From: a virus
Taxonomy: Duplodnaviria; Caudoviricetes
Direction: 5' to 3' (one strand)
DNA: 64,000 nucleotides
IMG/VR virus record: IMGVR_UViG_3300033067_000628
Span: 1 to 64,000 of that record
Part shown: piece after piece, positions 47,801 to 56,448 of the stretch
How positions within the stretch are numbered: position 1 is the stretch's first letter
Layout: the number at the start of each line of letters is the position of its first letter
Program-made: the position numbers and the translations under genes
The notes under the pieces: model-generated
What the model saw: only the letters and a program-made list of their open reading frames with translations
Databases searched by the model: none
What the model was told of the DNA's origin: nothing

Positions 47801-50282
47801 CATCTTCTGACTTCTTTAGAATGAGCTTATTCTTAATGCCCATTTCTGAAGCTGCCTTCTCATATTCTCTATAGAACATAGAAGGACCAGATCCTTCACT
47901 AGAAGGAACAGACAAGCCAGCTAAGCCAGTACGGTGACCGAATATCTTCTCAGCATAAGCTTGAGAAGTTAAAGATTCTTCACTAGATATAATATCAGAG
48001 AAGTCAAATATACTTGTACCTTCAAGTACATCTTTACCAGGATTGAGCAAGCTAACTCTTTGATTGCCATGGTAAACAGATACAGAGGTAGGCGTACCAC
48101 GAGCAGCAAAGTTAAGAGTTACATTGTCATCAAAGCTAGAGAAGTCAGCGCTAGTAAGGTAAGCAGCATGATATGGCAAGCCTTTAAAAGCTTTGCCAAG
48201 ATTCTTGTATTGCTCTGGGTTAATCTCAATACCAAGGCCAGGAGCTTGATATCTCTTGTTTTTATTTAGAGACTCAAGTATATCAGCATAAGGTGTATCA
48301 GTCAAATCATCAGAGCCGGCTAGAGTTTTAAATACCTTCTCTAGGGATTGCTTACTAAATGCTTTCTTTAGGTTAGTAGTAGGACGTATAACATCCTTAA
48401 ACAACTCTGCTCCACTATGCGTAAGTATAGCACCAGCATCACCAAAGAGATTTTGGTTAACACCTAAACCAGCAGATGGAATATAGGTTGATACAACTGG
48501 TATTTTGGTAATAGGATTGACAAGACCTCTACCGAGTATCTTACCTTCTGCACCTCTAGTAGCCTTAATGCCTGCTTCATAGGAGCGGAAGTCTCCCATG
48601 CTCATGCCTACAGTTTGAACTCTGGCTTCGCCAAATCGCTCTACTCTACTAGCAGCTATACGCTGTATACGCTCAGCATCTGTAATTTCACGAGGCTTAC
48701 CAAATTGAACGCCCTTCTTGCGCATAGCAGAAGAAGTGCTGCCAGGTATTAGATGCTGTTCTATTCCTTCAAGAGGAACCGTGCCGTCTTTAGGTTTAAC
48801 TAGCCAGTCATAAGGGGACACACCTTGTGCCCGCATATCTAAGGCTTGCTGTGTAGCTTTCTTATATGCTTCCCATATAGGCTCAGGGTCAGTCATATTC
48901 GAACCAGCAAAGATAATATCTCTGATGGCATTATTACGACCAAGCATCACACCAGAGTCTATTGCCTCGTAAGACATATAGAAGCCCGGCGTCATCGCTA
49001 CTTCACCTCTAGAGCTAGGTGAGCTTAGCAGATTACTTAAAGACTTACGAGATCTATTTCTGCCAGTCTTAAGAGCTATTGGTATATTGCGCCTACCAAG
49101 ACCAGAGTAAGGATCGAGTACACCCTTTTCAAATTCACTAAGTGCTATCTCGGCAGCAGGTACAACTTTATGATCAACTACCTGTTGCTTGGCAAGTCTA
49201 AGTCTATCACTGACATTAGCTGTGCCTCTTCTAAAGCCCCACTTGGTTACGTCTTCACTTACGTTCTCAGCATAGATAGGCTGGAACGAATCAAGCAAAC
49301 CATGTTGACCAGCGTATATACCACCAGTCTCTGATATAGTAAACGCTAGGTTTTCACCACCAGCAGCAGACAGCTTATTGACTGTAGCTCTAAACCGTTC
49401 ACCATATTGTTCACCCCAGAAGTTCTTAACTCTACTAATGAACTCTTCAGGGCTAGCACCAGCTCTGGTGCCAGAAAGATAATAAGACTTAGAGTCCTTG
49501 CTGATACCTTTGAGAATAGTACTGATACCAAATGGATCAGACTTAGATCCAACTGTATCCGCTAGTACATCAAGACCCGTGACGCCTGCTCTGTTAAGGA
49601 TCTGTTTGAACTCAGGAAGTCTTCCTTCAGAAGCAGCCTTCTCATATGTAGCTTCGAAGACACCTTGTATCTGCTGAGCAACATTAAGTTCAGTAACGGG
49701 CTTGCCAAGTCTTTGGAATGACCTATTAAGGAAGTCAACAGTAGTGCCAGGCTTAGCTGTCTTACCTACGAGACCTACTATATCTTCAAGCTTAGTACTT
49801 GGTACTAGATCATTAAGGTCTGTAAAGAAAGCTCTAGACAAAGACTTAACATCAACGAAGCCAGCTTCATCAGCCCTGAACGCACTAGGGCCAGGACCTT
49901 CTCTAAAGGTAAAGCCCTTAGTCTTGGCAGCGTTCCAAGACAAGATAGCATTGCTTGTATCTGGGGAGTTCATACCCCAGCGCTTGGCTAGATAGTTTAC
50001 AACCTTAGGATCTCCAATGAGACCTTGATCAAGCATACCTTTGCTTGCTCTAAGAGGTTCATCACCAGTCTTCTTAAGAGTTGAGAATGGTAATCTATAT
50101 AGCTCAGAGGTTTGTAAGGTAGCACCAAGTGCTAGTTGGTCTCCAACCTTATCACTCTCAGCAGCTAGACCAGGAGTATGTGGTAAATGAACGAAGCCCA
50201 GCTTAACAGTCTTTTGACGATTGAGCAAAGAACCGAAAAGGTCCTTCATCATTTGCTCTCTAAACTGCAGCGGCTCTTCCAT
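44895..50282 (-). CDS. Tape-measure-locus protein containing a two-barrel (DPBB) RNA polymerase-like region; putative virion RNAP or pseudo-RNAP
   Basis: Collinear motifs: FGDAGAIL (about beta FEDSIL), YHGNQRVSLLNP (about beta RHGNKGVISKINP), GKSGGFLKKNVL (about beta' GKQGRFRQNLL), TVGISENMARQAF (about QCGLPKKMALELF), AYPNPTH (about NRAPTLH), RDNDKD (about ADFDGD; 46392-46406). The C-terminal hydrophobic helix WKLVAGVGAAVVGLRAL is typical of tape-measure/ejection proteins. Confidence 0.65.
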   Translation of the reverse strand: MEEPLQFREQMMKDLFGSLLNRQKTVKLGFVHLPHTPGLAAESDKVGDQLALGATLQTSELYRLPFSTLKKTGDEPLRASKGMLDQGLIGDPKVVNYLAKRWGMNSPDTSNAILSWNAAKTKGFTFREGPGPSAFRADEAGFVDVKSLSRAFFTDLNDLVPSTKLEDIVGLVGKTAKPGTTVDFLNRSFQRLGKPVTELNVAQQIQGVFEATYEKAASEGRLPEFKQILNRAGVTGLDVLADTVGSKSDPFGISTILKGISKDSKSYYLSGTRAGASPEEFISRVKNFWGEQYGERFRATVNKLSAAGGENLAFTISETGGIYAGQHGLLDSFQPIYAENVSEDVTKWGFRRGTANVSDRLRLAKQQVVDHKVVPAAEIALSEFEKGVLDPYSGLGRRNIPIALKTGRNRSRKSLSNLLSSPSSRGEVAMTPGFYMSYEAIDSGVMLGRNNAIRDIIFAGSNMTDPEPIWEAYKKATQQALDMRAQGVSPYDWLVKPKDGTVPLEGIEQHLIPGSTSSAMRKKGVQFGKPREITDAERIQRIAASRVERFGEARVQTVGMSMGDFRSYEAGIKATRGAEGKILGRGLVNPITKIPVVSTYIPSAGLGVNQNLFGDAGAILTHSGAELFKDVIRPTTNLKKAFSKQSLEKVFKTLAGSDDLTDTPYADILESLNKNKRYQAPGLGIEINPEQYKNLGKAFKGLPYHAAYLTSADFSSFDDNVTLNFAARGTPTSVSVYHGNQRVSLLNPGKDVLEGTSIFDFSDIISSEESLTSQAYAEKIFGHRTGLAGLSVPSSEGSGPSMFYREYEKAASEMGIKNKLILKKSEDGLEYLIPNTPYEDMDFIPEFEKVSDVALKKMGFTSRQIKGYTTDSPSEKGMASLLGYSDSGITPGARTFIDSLWERAAETDDIMRQQNAFRVRLDLIKRYGSGMESLTGIKPKDNPIFMRMASWWQNKTGFNIDKDFFDTGFITSNSLSVAKDSHFRMITAPLLGDDAVKATGLPVLSRKEAMETFGDLSTSMDLTRGTFLEEQLSNSKLFSSRNRPQHLQKGFYIDLGEEVHVPLLGKVKEPGMPENAAKVKYLPVPAIGKNFAPSLQNLTPGLPKSIGSDTLEYKTLGAISALGNEPGEKGTVKGTLEQYVQGVYREYARTGKSGGFLKKNVLSSASMPGGMRVRPMPKGMTVSEAMESASNLTEKDFTVGISENMARQAFSKMPNRSGYTEKAAQETLDKFLAGEPIWGVAYPNPTHGGGHVNVVKMVFDPMAEDQVTKTGINALHEPRALVGSFLTWRMHRDNDKDTIELMMDPKKYGEADDAAMHEFFQAQIKGASAEYQSYQKELQAAAEKSGKDMLLTDFMKEQKLSHQNTMEYAMKFFSFGKIPAVSYMVEYPTFGFSHELMSDAHPKTIADNLNKLLKNKGNFKKRPIGQSFTESDILKYQKILSDGGIDKKVLMRNVSLFQHNILQAPIQKGGDLAEMLVKDYLGVGYRVKQQIDKLGDAYTPEMAVEEATSSARRFFTKMNEVGKLRYYGPKVATPEQAIETMSQQVGRIYGAMAHMRASIFTPEGLKNASSFPDIYRRATSGPGDLEKITEMFQHEGIDPAKLLKGDSRVSMQDQIAKANEAVKAKAAQVEGKAAEVTSEVAGKSKQWFKKNWKLVAGVGAAVVGLRALSSMFTSDELDRPSLKSSNAFRMRSTTLPPEPMVTQENDNSYINPINMRPPTVRVASPGASYTQTNASYASVNTQDIRDEIATSVYAPNYGSITIQDDRTYRNGWVQDRLASAYENSDFTHPDMGDLY

Positions 50283-50289
50283 TTATAAC

Positions 50290-53200
50290 CTATCTTAAAG
50301 CATCCTGGTAGAACATAAATCTATTGTTTTTCCGTTGATCTGAGTAATGACCTTCATACCAGTCAATACTTTGATCACTACCTCTTTGAGAGAATTTAGT
50401 AGCTGACCCAAATGGGTTCTTAGTATTAAACATTGCCTCTAGATTTAGTCTTACGCTAGCAGCTGTAGGATCAGTTATAGACACAGCGGGACTGGTAAGG
50501 CCCGGGAACCTCAGGTCAGCCTCTCTCGCTTGTCCTGGGTAATAGCCGAACCTGTGGAGGTTATCTGATACACCATTGATACCACCCTGTATGGCTTTGA
50601 TTCTAATAGCTGTATCAGGGACAGAAGGATTCCAGCCCATCCAATCTTCTGCTGGTAGGCTGTGCTCCTTAAAATAATCAAGTGTAGTTTGGTCTGCTAC
50701 CATCTGTGCATTAGTACCGGTATCACCAGCATTGTTTTGCCACACTGCCGATAAGACTTGCTTCATTCTGTCAGGCACTACAGCAAGGATCTTCTGTCTC
50801 TTATCGGCAGGAGCATTAACGAACTCATCATAGAATGGTCTATCGTATCTATTGAGTGTAGCTTTGTATCTAGTGTCATCACCAGTAGCCTGGAACTGAG
50901 CTAAGCCATAGACCTGAGTTCTCTTTGCTTCTCTAGAATAGATCATAGCAAGCTTCATGTTGCCTTGCTTCTCCGCCATATCTTGTAGAGATCTATCCTT
51001 TACATACTTCAAGTAATCAAAGTAATCCTCTGTCTCACGTTCCTTCTTGACATGCTCAGGAACAAATCCATGCTCTAGTGTACCAGTAGACACTGCTCTA
51101 GCAGTAGACCCTGCAAGACCTATCAATCCAAAGACAGCAGTTGTAGATGCAGGGTTATCCTTTAATGCAGGGAATGGACTTAAGAAGCTAGCAAAGTTAC
51201 TAGTGGCAATACTACCAATAGCTAATGCCTTGGTGGTTGCCGTTAATGGGTCTTGGCCAATAACATCATAGAAGGCAGGACGTACAATGCTTTCGTATGG
51301 ATTATCCCAGTCAGCATATGTCTCACCCTCAACTCTATTCTTGACATAAACTCTATATGGATCTGTGAATGGGAATAGCTTAGATCCAAGTATTGGCTTC
51401 TCTGATAAGAAGCCTTGAGTTACTTTGTTCCATCCAGTTCGGACTGTAGTAGTGAAAGCGTTTTCGTTTGCTCTAGCAGCTTGTTCTTGTGAGCTAGGTG
51501 TATAGCTCTTGAAGTTAAACTCATTCTCTTTAGCAGCTCTTTGCTCTGTAGCCTGTGCTACCTTACTCTTCCAGTAAGGAGACAAGTCCATCTGATTTAC
51601 CTTTTGCTGATAAGCAAAGTATGCAGATGAATAAGGAGCTACGTCAGATAGAATTAAGAATCTATCTACGTCACTATATACTCCAGTTATACCAGACTCT
51701 AGCCTGTTAACTGATTCATATCCAGCACCAGGGAGTCTATACTCACCACCAGGTATCTTAGTATAGCTATCACCTTTAGTGAAGTCAGTAAAGTATGTTC
51801 TATCAGCTTCAAACTCAGAAGCACTACCAGGTAACCAAGTGGGTTGCGTATTACGTATAGGGTTAATCTGTTGATTGATCTTAGATGCAACACCATAGTC
51901 TGATAAGATAAAGCGTCTTAGGAATTCAGTCTCACCAAGCAAACCACCTAAGTTCATATCATAGAATGATCTACTATAGCTTGCCATGTTAGTGGCATCT
52001 GCCATCTTATAGCCTTGATCAAACTTGATACCGAATAAACCTAATGCATACTTCCAGACACCCGACGGTTCTAGTGCTACGTTAGTCCACTTATCTACTC
52101 TGTCTCTAATGTTATCTGGTCTATTATATGGTACTAAAGACTTAGGGACATCAGAGATACCAAGCTCTTTTGCAGCTGTTATTGGTATACTTTTATCAGC
52201 TATATTAGAAGCAACAACTGCATCAGTTTGTTCTTCTATATGCATCTGCTTAGTTGGCTTAATAATTTCACCAATCGTATCTGCTAGAACAGGTCCAAAG
52301 ATAGGGACCTCTTCAAACATCTTAGCAGTTACAGGATATGGTCTATCGTAATAAGTCTTACGCTCTAATGCATATGGGTCAACAACATTACGTAAGCCGA
52401 ACCAGTTACTGAAGTTAGGAAGCATAGAGCCATACTTCCAATAGCCTTCTTCAGAACCATAGAGGTTTGTATTATATGGCTGTGCCTTAAGTTTAGCATA
52501 CCAGCTAGGCTCATAGTGATCTATAGCTCCACCTTCGAAAGGTTGATAACCTAATGTCCACCATCTACTTTTTTTGATAGGGACCTTATCCTCACCAGAG
52601 TATTCTCTTTTGAGAGATTCAGAAGACTGTCCTGGTTGTGGACCACCAACAGCAGCATATATAGAAGCTGCAAAGGCAAGACCTTTGCCGACTTTGCCAG
52701 TCTTCTCCCAAGCACCTAGTGCTTTAACACCAGCAGCAATAGTACCAACTACACCAACACTAAGTCCTGGTGTAAGATCATTCTCAACATAATCAACAGC
52801 TTTGGTAATACCAAGAGATTCACGAACCTTCTGTTGACCTACTCTTAGATTAACATAAGCATCAGCAGCTAACTCAGATGGTTTCTCTCCTATTACTTTG
52901 CCAGCAAGATAGTCAGTATACTTGACTGCTTCTGTGCCAAGCATGTATGCTGTTGGTATAGCAGCTACACGTAAGGTATTAGCTAATAGGTTACCAGATG
53001 GTTTAAATCCTATCCCTAACAAGCTAGCACTGGCTAGCTTATTGAGACGGATCATCATATAGTTAGTAAAGTCGTATGCCTTATCTAGATTAGATGCACT
53101 AGCAGCATAATGCTTAGGACGTATATTAAAGTCCTTATCGCCAGTGATTGTAATACCAGTAGGACCATCAGATGGCAATCGCTTACCAGCAGTAGTCTCA

Positions 53201-54696
53201 AGGCTTTGAATACCACCTCTGCCGAAGCCAGCATATAGATCGCTCTTATCGATCTTACCTTCAACACCGGCACCCTTGTTTACAAGAACAGCATCTTCAT
53301 TAGTGCCAGTGTAAAGCTGGAATCTGTTCCACCATCCACGTAGACCTTTAAAAGGTCCAGTCTTAGGTGTAAGCTCACTAATGTCAATTATCCCTTGACC
53401 CGAGTAACTACCTTTGGTTATCTCTTTACCAGAGTCTAATACAGTCTCAGGTATTACAGGAGATAAGATACGACTATAGAATGAGTCGTGGGTATACTTA
53501 TAGTTCCTAGCATATACCTCAGCGTCACCTCTACCAACAGCACCAGAGTTCTTAATACCCTGTAAGACAGTCTGTATAAATCCACCACGCTTCTCGTGGA
53601 ACTTAGGACCTACACCAGTCTCGTCTTGTAGAGTTTGGAACCATGTCTTATCAGGAACAGGTTCGCCCTCTTTAGGTTCTCTAACCTTAGGAGGTTCTTC
53701 TCTTAGCTTAGCTGCAACGAATCTAGCATCATTAACTTCGCCAAGCGTTTTGCCTGTTGCTATCTTCTCTACATTAGTACCAAGAGATTTGTATACATCT
53801 CCACCAATGAATATCTTCTGTGCAGCAGTACCAGACTCAACACCAAGAGAGGCGACCTTTCTTGGATTCTCAAAGAAAGATTTAGCTGTACTTAATAGGC
53901 CAAACGGGTTAAAGGTTTGAGATACAGTATCAAGGAAATCATATGGCCTTGTTATTCTAGTATCTATTAATCTGCCATCTTTAGCCTTGAATAGCTTAGA
54001 GTCAACTATTTGATCAGTCTTAACAAGACCTTGATCAAGAGCTCTTTGTACGATACCAATCTCAAGACCACCACTCTTAACAGGGCCTGCAGCTCTGCTA
54101 ATGAAGTCACCTTGTCTAGCTATTAACTCACCAAAGGTAAGAGGAGTTAAGTCCTTCTGTAAGAAGCCTAAGCCCGCTTGCTCTGGGTTACTGCGATATA
54201 GCTTATCAAGATTACCCTTAAATAGTCTTTCAAGGTTAGGCCTATTAGTAGCATTACGTGGATCGTATATAAAGCTTAGAGCAGAACCTAAGTCTTGTAT
54301 ACTAGAATAGCTATCGAGTCTAGCAGAACCCTGGGCCGTTTGTATTACAGCTCCACCAGAGTCTTTAGGCAATGACAGTAGCCTATAAAGACCATCTGCT
54401 ATCTCAGGCTCTATGTTTGCTTTAGACCCTTGCTTACTGAGACTACCTAAGAATCTAGCCCCAGATCCAGCTAGCTCTGAGAGTTCACCAAATAGGTTTC
54501 TATTAAATTGCTTGCCTAGTATCTGTGCGCCAATGGCAATGACACCAAGCTTAGCCATCCATTCAGAATCTCTTCTGTTGGATTCTTCTACTGACTTTTG
54601 ATATACCTGTTCGCTATTGTCACGACTAAACGAAGACGGTGCTATATACCGTTCTGGTAAAGGGCGTGACTGTTCACGATCTGGTATATCAGTCAT
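50290..54696 (-). CDS. Tape measure/ejection protein
   Basis: 1468 aa, directly after the tail chaperones. Several Gly/Ala-rich hydrophobic helices (GLSVGVVGTIAAGV, GLAFAASIYAAVGG, AVFGLIGLAGS). Confidence 0.6.
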   Translation of the reverse strand: MTDIPDREQSRPLPERYIAPSSFSRDNSEQVYQKSVEESNRRDSEWMAKLGVIAIGAQILGKQFNRNLFGELSELAGSGARFLGSLSKQGSKANIEPEIADGLYRLLSLPKDSGGAVIQTAQGSARLDSYSSIQDLGSALSFIYDPRNATNRPNLERLFKGNLDKLYRSNPEQAGLGFLQKDLTPLTFGELIARQGDFISRAAGPVKSGGLEIGIVQRALDQGLVKTDQIVDSKLFKAKDGRLIDTRITRPYDFLDTVSQTFNPFGLLSTAKSFFENPRKVASLGVESGTAAQKIFIGGDVYKSLGTNVEKIATGKTLGEVNDARFVAAKLREEPPKVREPKEGEPVPDKTWFQTLQDETGVGPKFHEKRGGFIQTVLQGIKNSGAVGRGDAEVYARNYKYTHDSFYSRILSPVIPETVLDSGKEITKGSYSGQGIIDISELTPKTGPFKGLRGWWNRFQLYTGTNEDAVLVNKGAGVEGKIDKSDLYAGFGRGGIQSLETTAGKRLPSDGPTGITITGDKDFNIRPKHYAASASNLDKAYDFTNYMMIRLNKLASASLLGIGFKPSGNLLANTLRVAAIPTAYMLGTEAVKYTDYLAGKVIGEKPSELAADAYVNLRVGQQKVRESLGITKAVDYVENDLTPGLSVGVVGTIAAGVKALGAWEKTGKVGKGLAFAASIYAAVGGPQPGQSSESLKREYSGEDKVPIKKSRWWTLGYQPFEGGAIDHYEPSWYAKLKAQPYNTNLYGSEEGYWKYGSMLPNFSNWFGLRNVVDPYALERKTYYDRPYPVTAKMFEEVPIFGPVLADTIGEIIKPTKQMHIEEQTDAVVASNIADKSIPITAAKELGISDVPKSLVPYNRPDNIRDRVDKWTNVALEPSGVWKYALGLFGIKFDQGYKMADATNMASYSRSFYDMNLGGLLGETEFLRRFILSDYGVASKINQQINPIRNTQPTWLPGSASEFEADRTYFTDFTKGDSYTKIPGGEYRLPGAGYESVNRLESGITGVYSDVDRFLILSDVAPYSSAYFAYQQKVNQMDLSPYWKSKVAQATEQRAAKENEFNFKSYTPSSQEQAARANENAFTTTVRTGWNKVTQGFLSEKPILGSKLFPFTDPYRVYVKNRVEGETYADWDNPYESIVRPAFYDVIGQDPLTATTKALAIGSIATSNFASFLSPFPALKDNPASTTAVFGLIGLAGSTARAVSTGTLEHGFVPEHVKKERETEDYFDYLKYVKDRSLQDMAEKQGNMKLAMIYSREAKRTQVYGLAQFQATGDDTRYKATLNRYDRPFYDEFVNAPADKRQKILAVVPDRMKQVLSAVWQNNAGDTGTNAQMVADQTTLDYFKEHSLPAEDWMGWNPSVPDTAIRIKAIQGGINGVSDNLHRFGYYPGQAREADLRFPGLTSPAVSITDPTAASVRLNLEAMFNTKNPFGSATKFSQRGSDQSIDWYEGHYSDQRKNNRFMFYQDALR

Positions 54697-55301
54697 TATA
54701 TCTTACCTATCTCATCCCAGTCTATTTGATCTGCAGACATCATATCAGTGATGTCATCAGTAGAAGACATACCAGGCGCTACTGGGTATACTTCAGGATT
54801 GATTAGCTTACCAAAGTCAATAGGCTTGCCAAGTGCTTCTTCTGCTTTAGCAAACAATTCTATCTGTTCTTCCAGTGTCATCTTCTGTACATCAGAAGGA
54901 GTATAGGCCCTGAAGGCTGTACATATATAAATCTCTATTATAGTTTGAGCTTGTTGGGCAACTTGTCTTTTCTCTTCTAGTACCTTAAGGAAAGTTTCTG
55001 CATTTTGGAATCCAGACAATACCAGTATATGTTCTGCTATATGATCTGCATGGATTGCTTTGCTATGAGATAAGTAGTAGTCTAATCCTCTTGGTGCATC
55101 ATTATATAAGGTTGCTATTCTAATAAGAGTATCATTGATAGTCACACCATCTAGATACTTCTCTAATGATATCACTGTATTGTACTCATCAAAAGTAAGG
55201 GGCCTGACTATGAAGTCAAGGCCCTCTACTTGTATCAAATACAGAGACTTATAACCATCAGCTTTAAGGCTGATTATCTTGTCTATTGTATCTACCTTCA
55301 T
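54696..55301 (-). CDS. Tail assembly chaperone-like protein
   Basis: FIVRPLTFDEY...IAEHILVLSGF, acidic C-terminus. Located between the tube genes and the tape measure. Confidence 0.6.
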   Translation of the reverse strand: MKVDTIDKIISLKADGYKSLYLIQVEGLDFIVRPLTFDEYNTVISLEKYLDGVTINDTLIRIATLYNDAPRGLDYYLSHSKAIHADHIAEHILVLSGFQNAETFLKVLEEKRQVAQQAQTIIEIYICTAFRAYTPSDVQKMTLEEQIELFAKAEEALGKPIDFGKLINPEVYPVAPGMSSTDDITDMMSADQIDWDEIGKI

Positions 55302-55304
55302 TCA

Positions 55305-55667
55305 TTATAGCTTCACTGGTTCTGCATCAAGGCCACCGAAGCCTGAGGCTACGAGAATGGCATCACTAATTAGCTGTACGGTACCAGCGGGGAGTTTCTC
55401 TATTGGATCTGTTGAATAGATCAGGCAGACTTCAAGAAGACTCTCTATTTCTTTCTCAGCTACTTCAAGCTTAGCTTGATCATCAATAGCTTGAGCCATT
55501 GCTTCGTTACGAGCTTTAAGCAAGGTACGCCATTCAGATCGTTCTACGAATCGATAGACGAATTCCTTACCAGCTATTTTAACGTATAGCGGTTCATAGC
55601 CTTGTTCTTTGGCACCTGCTGATGCTGCTAAGGCTGCTTCACTCGGACCTTTAACTTCTGTATTCAT
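55305..55667 (-). CDS. Tail assembly chaperone
   Basis: 120 aa, FVYRFVERSEW...ISDAILVASGF. Typical TAC size and position. Confidence 0.65.
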   Translation of the reverse strand: MNTEVKGPSEAALAASAGAKEQGYEPLYVKIAGKEFVYRFVERSEWRTLLKARNEAMAQAIDDQAKLEVAEKEIESLLEVCLIYSTDPIEKLPAGTVQLISDAILVASGFGGLDAEPVKL

Positions 55668-55668
55668 A

Positions 55669-56448
55669 TTATGGATATCTCTCTACAACTAAATCTCTTG
55701 CAACGAATGGGTAGACTTCTAAAATAGGCTGGGAGCTGGATGACATATCGCCACCAACTCCAGCCGACGCACTTACTGTTTCGCTTTCACCAACGATAAA
55801 ACAGTCTTTAAACGTTCTAATATATCCACCCACAATGTTTTGAAATCCGTACCGAACTGATAAATTGAAAAATTGAACATCAGGCTCATCGAGTACGGAT
55901 CTATAAAATTGATCGGCAGTATTTTGTCCAGTATCAGGTATACGTTCTTCAACCGGTATGCTGCCATTTATTTTCCGCATATCTGACTTGAGCTGGGATA
56001 TTAAAGTGTTGACAGATCCAGCCTTGGCGTTGACACTCTTATTGACGTTGTTATTGTTTTGAGATCTAACTATCTCATTAGCCAATAGCTTAGCTTTCTC
56101 TTCTAATGATACAGAAGATATAGTTTGAAAGAACTGCAATGTTCTTTCGGTACCATCTGCTGCATTCATTCTATCGTCAACCATCTTCTTGGTTTCTTTA
56201 CCAGCTATGCTAGGCTTGACTATTACGTTACGTAGATAGCCAGGATACCGATAGTTGATTATAAGGTTGCCACTTATGATCTGCTTGCCTTGAGCAACAA
56301 AGTCAAAGTTCTTACTGTCATAGCCCCAGATGGGCTGATCAGTCTTACGTCTTTGGAAGTCTACCCTATACATATCATCAATTAAGATGTCTCCTATGTA
56401 ATAGGTAACACTAGCAGGCGTAGGATAGAAGCGTACATTCTGAGCCAT
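55669..56448 (-). CDS. Tail tube-like protein (tube initiator, T4 gp48/gp54-type role)
   Basis: YYIGDILIDD...DQPIWGY...GKQIISGNLII and LEVYPFVARD align with the tube protein motifs. Confidence 0.7.
   Translation of the reverse strand: MAQNVRFYPTPASVTYYIGDILIDDMYRVDFQRRKTDQPIWGYDSKNFDFVAQGKQIISGNLIINYRYPGYLRNVIVKPSIAGKETKKMVDDRMNAADGTERTLQFFQTISSVSLEEKAKLLANEIVRSQNNNNVNKSVNAKAGSVNTLISQLKSDMRKINGSIPVEERIPDTGQNTADQFYRSVLDEPDVQFFNLSVRYGFQNIVGGYIRTFKDCFIVGESETVSASAGVGGDMSSSSQPILEVYPFVARDLVVERYP

Noticed and set aside
50280-50292. T4-like late promoter TATAAATA
   Set aside because: The sequence is TATAAATG overlapping the start codon, and it is not repeated at other gene starts.
55290-55360. Programmed -1 frameshift between the tail chaperone genes
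   Set aside because: No X XXY YYZ slippery heptamer is visible near the end of the 120-aa gene, and the second gene has its own ATG.
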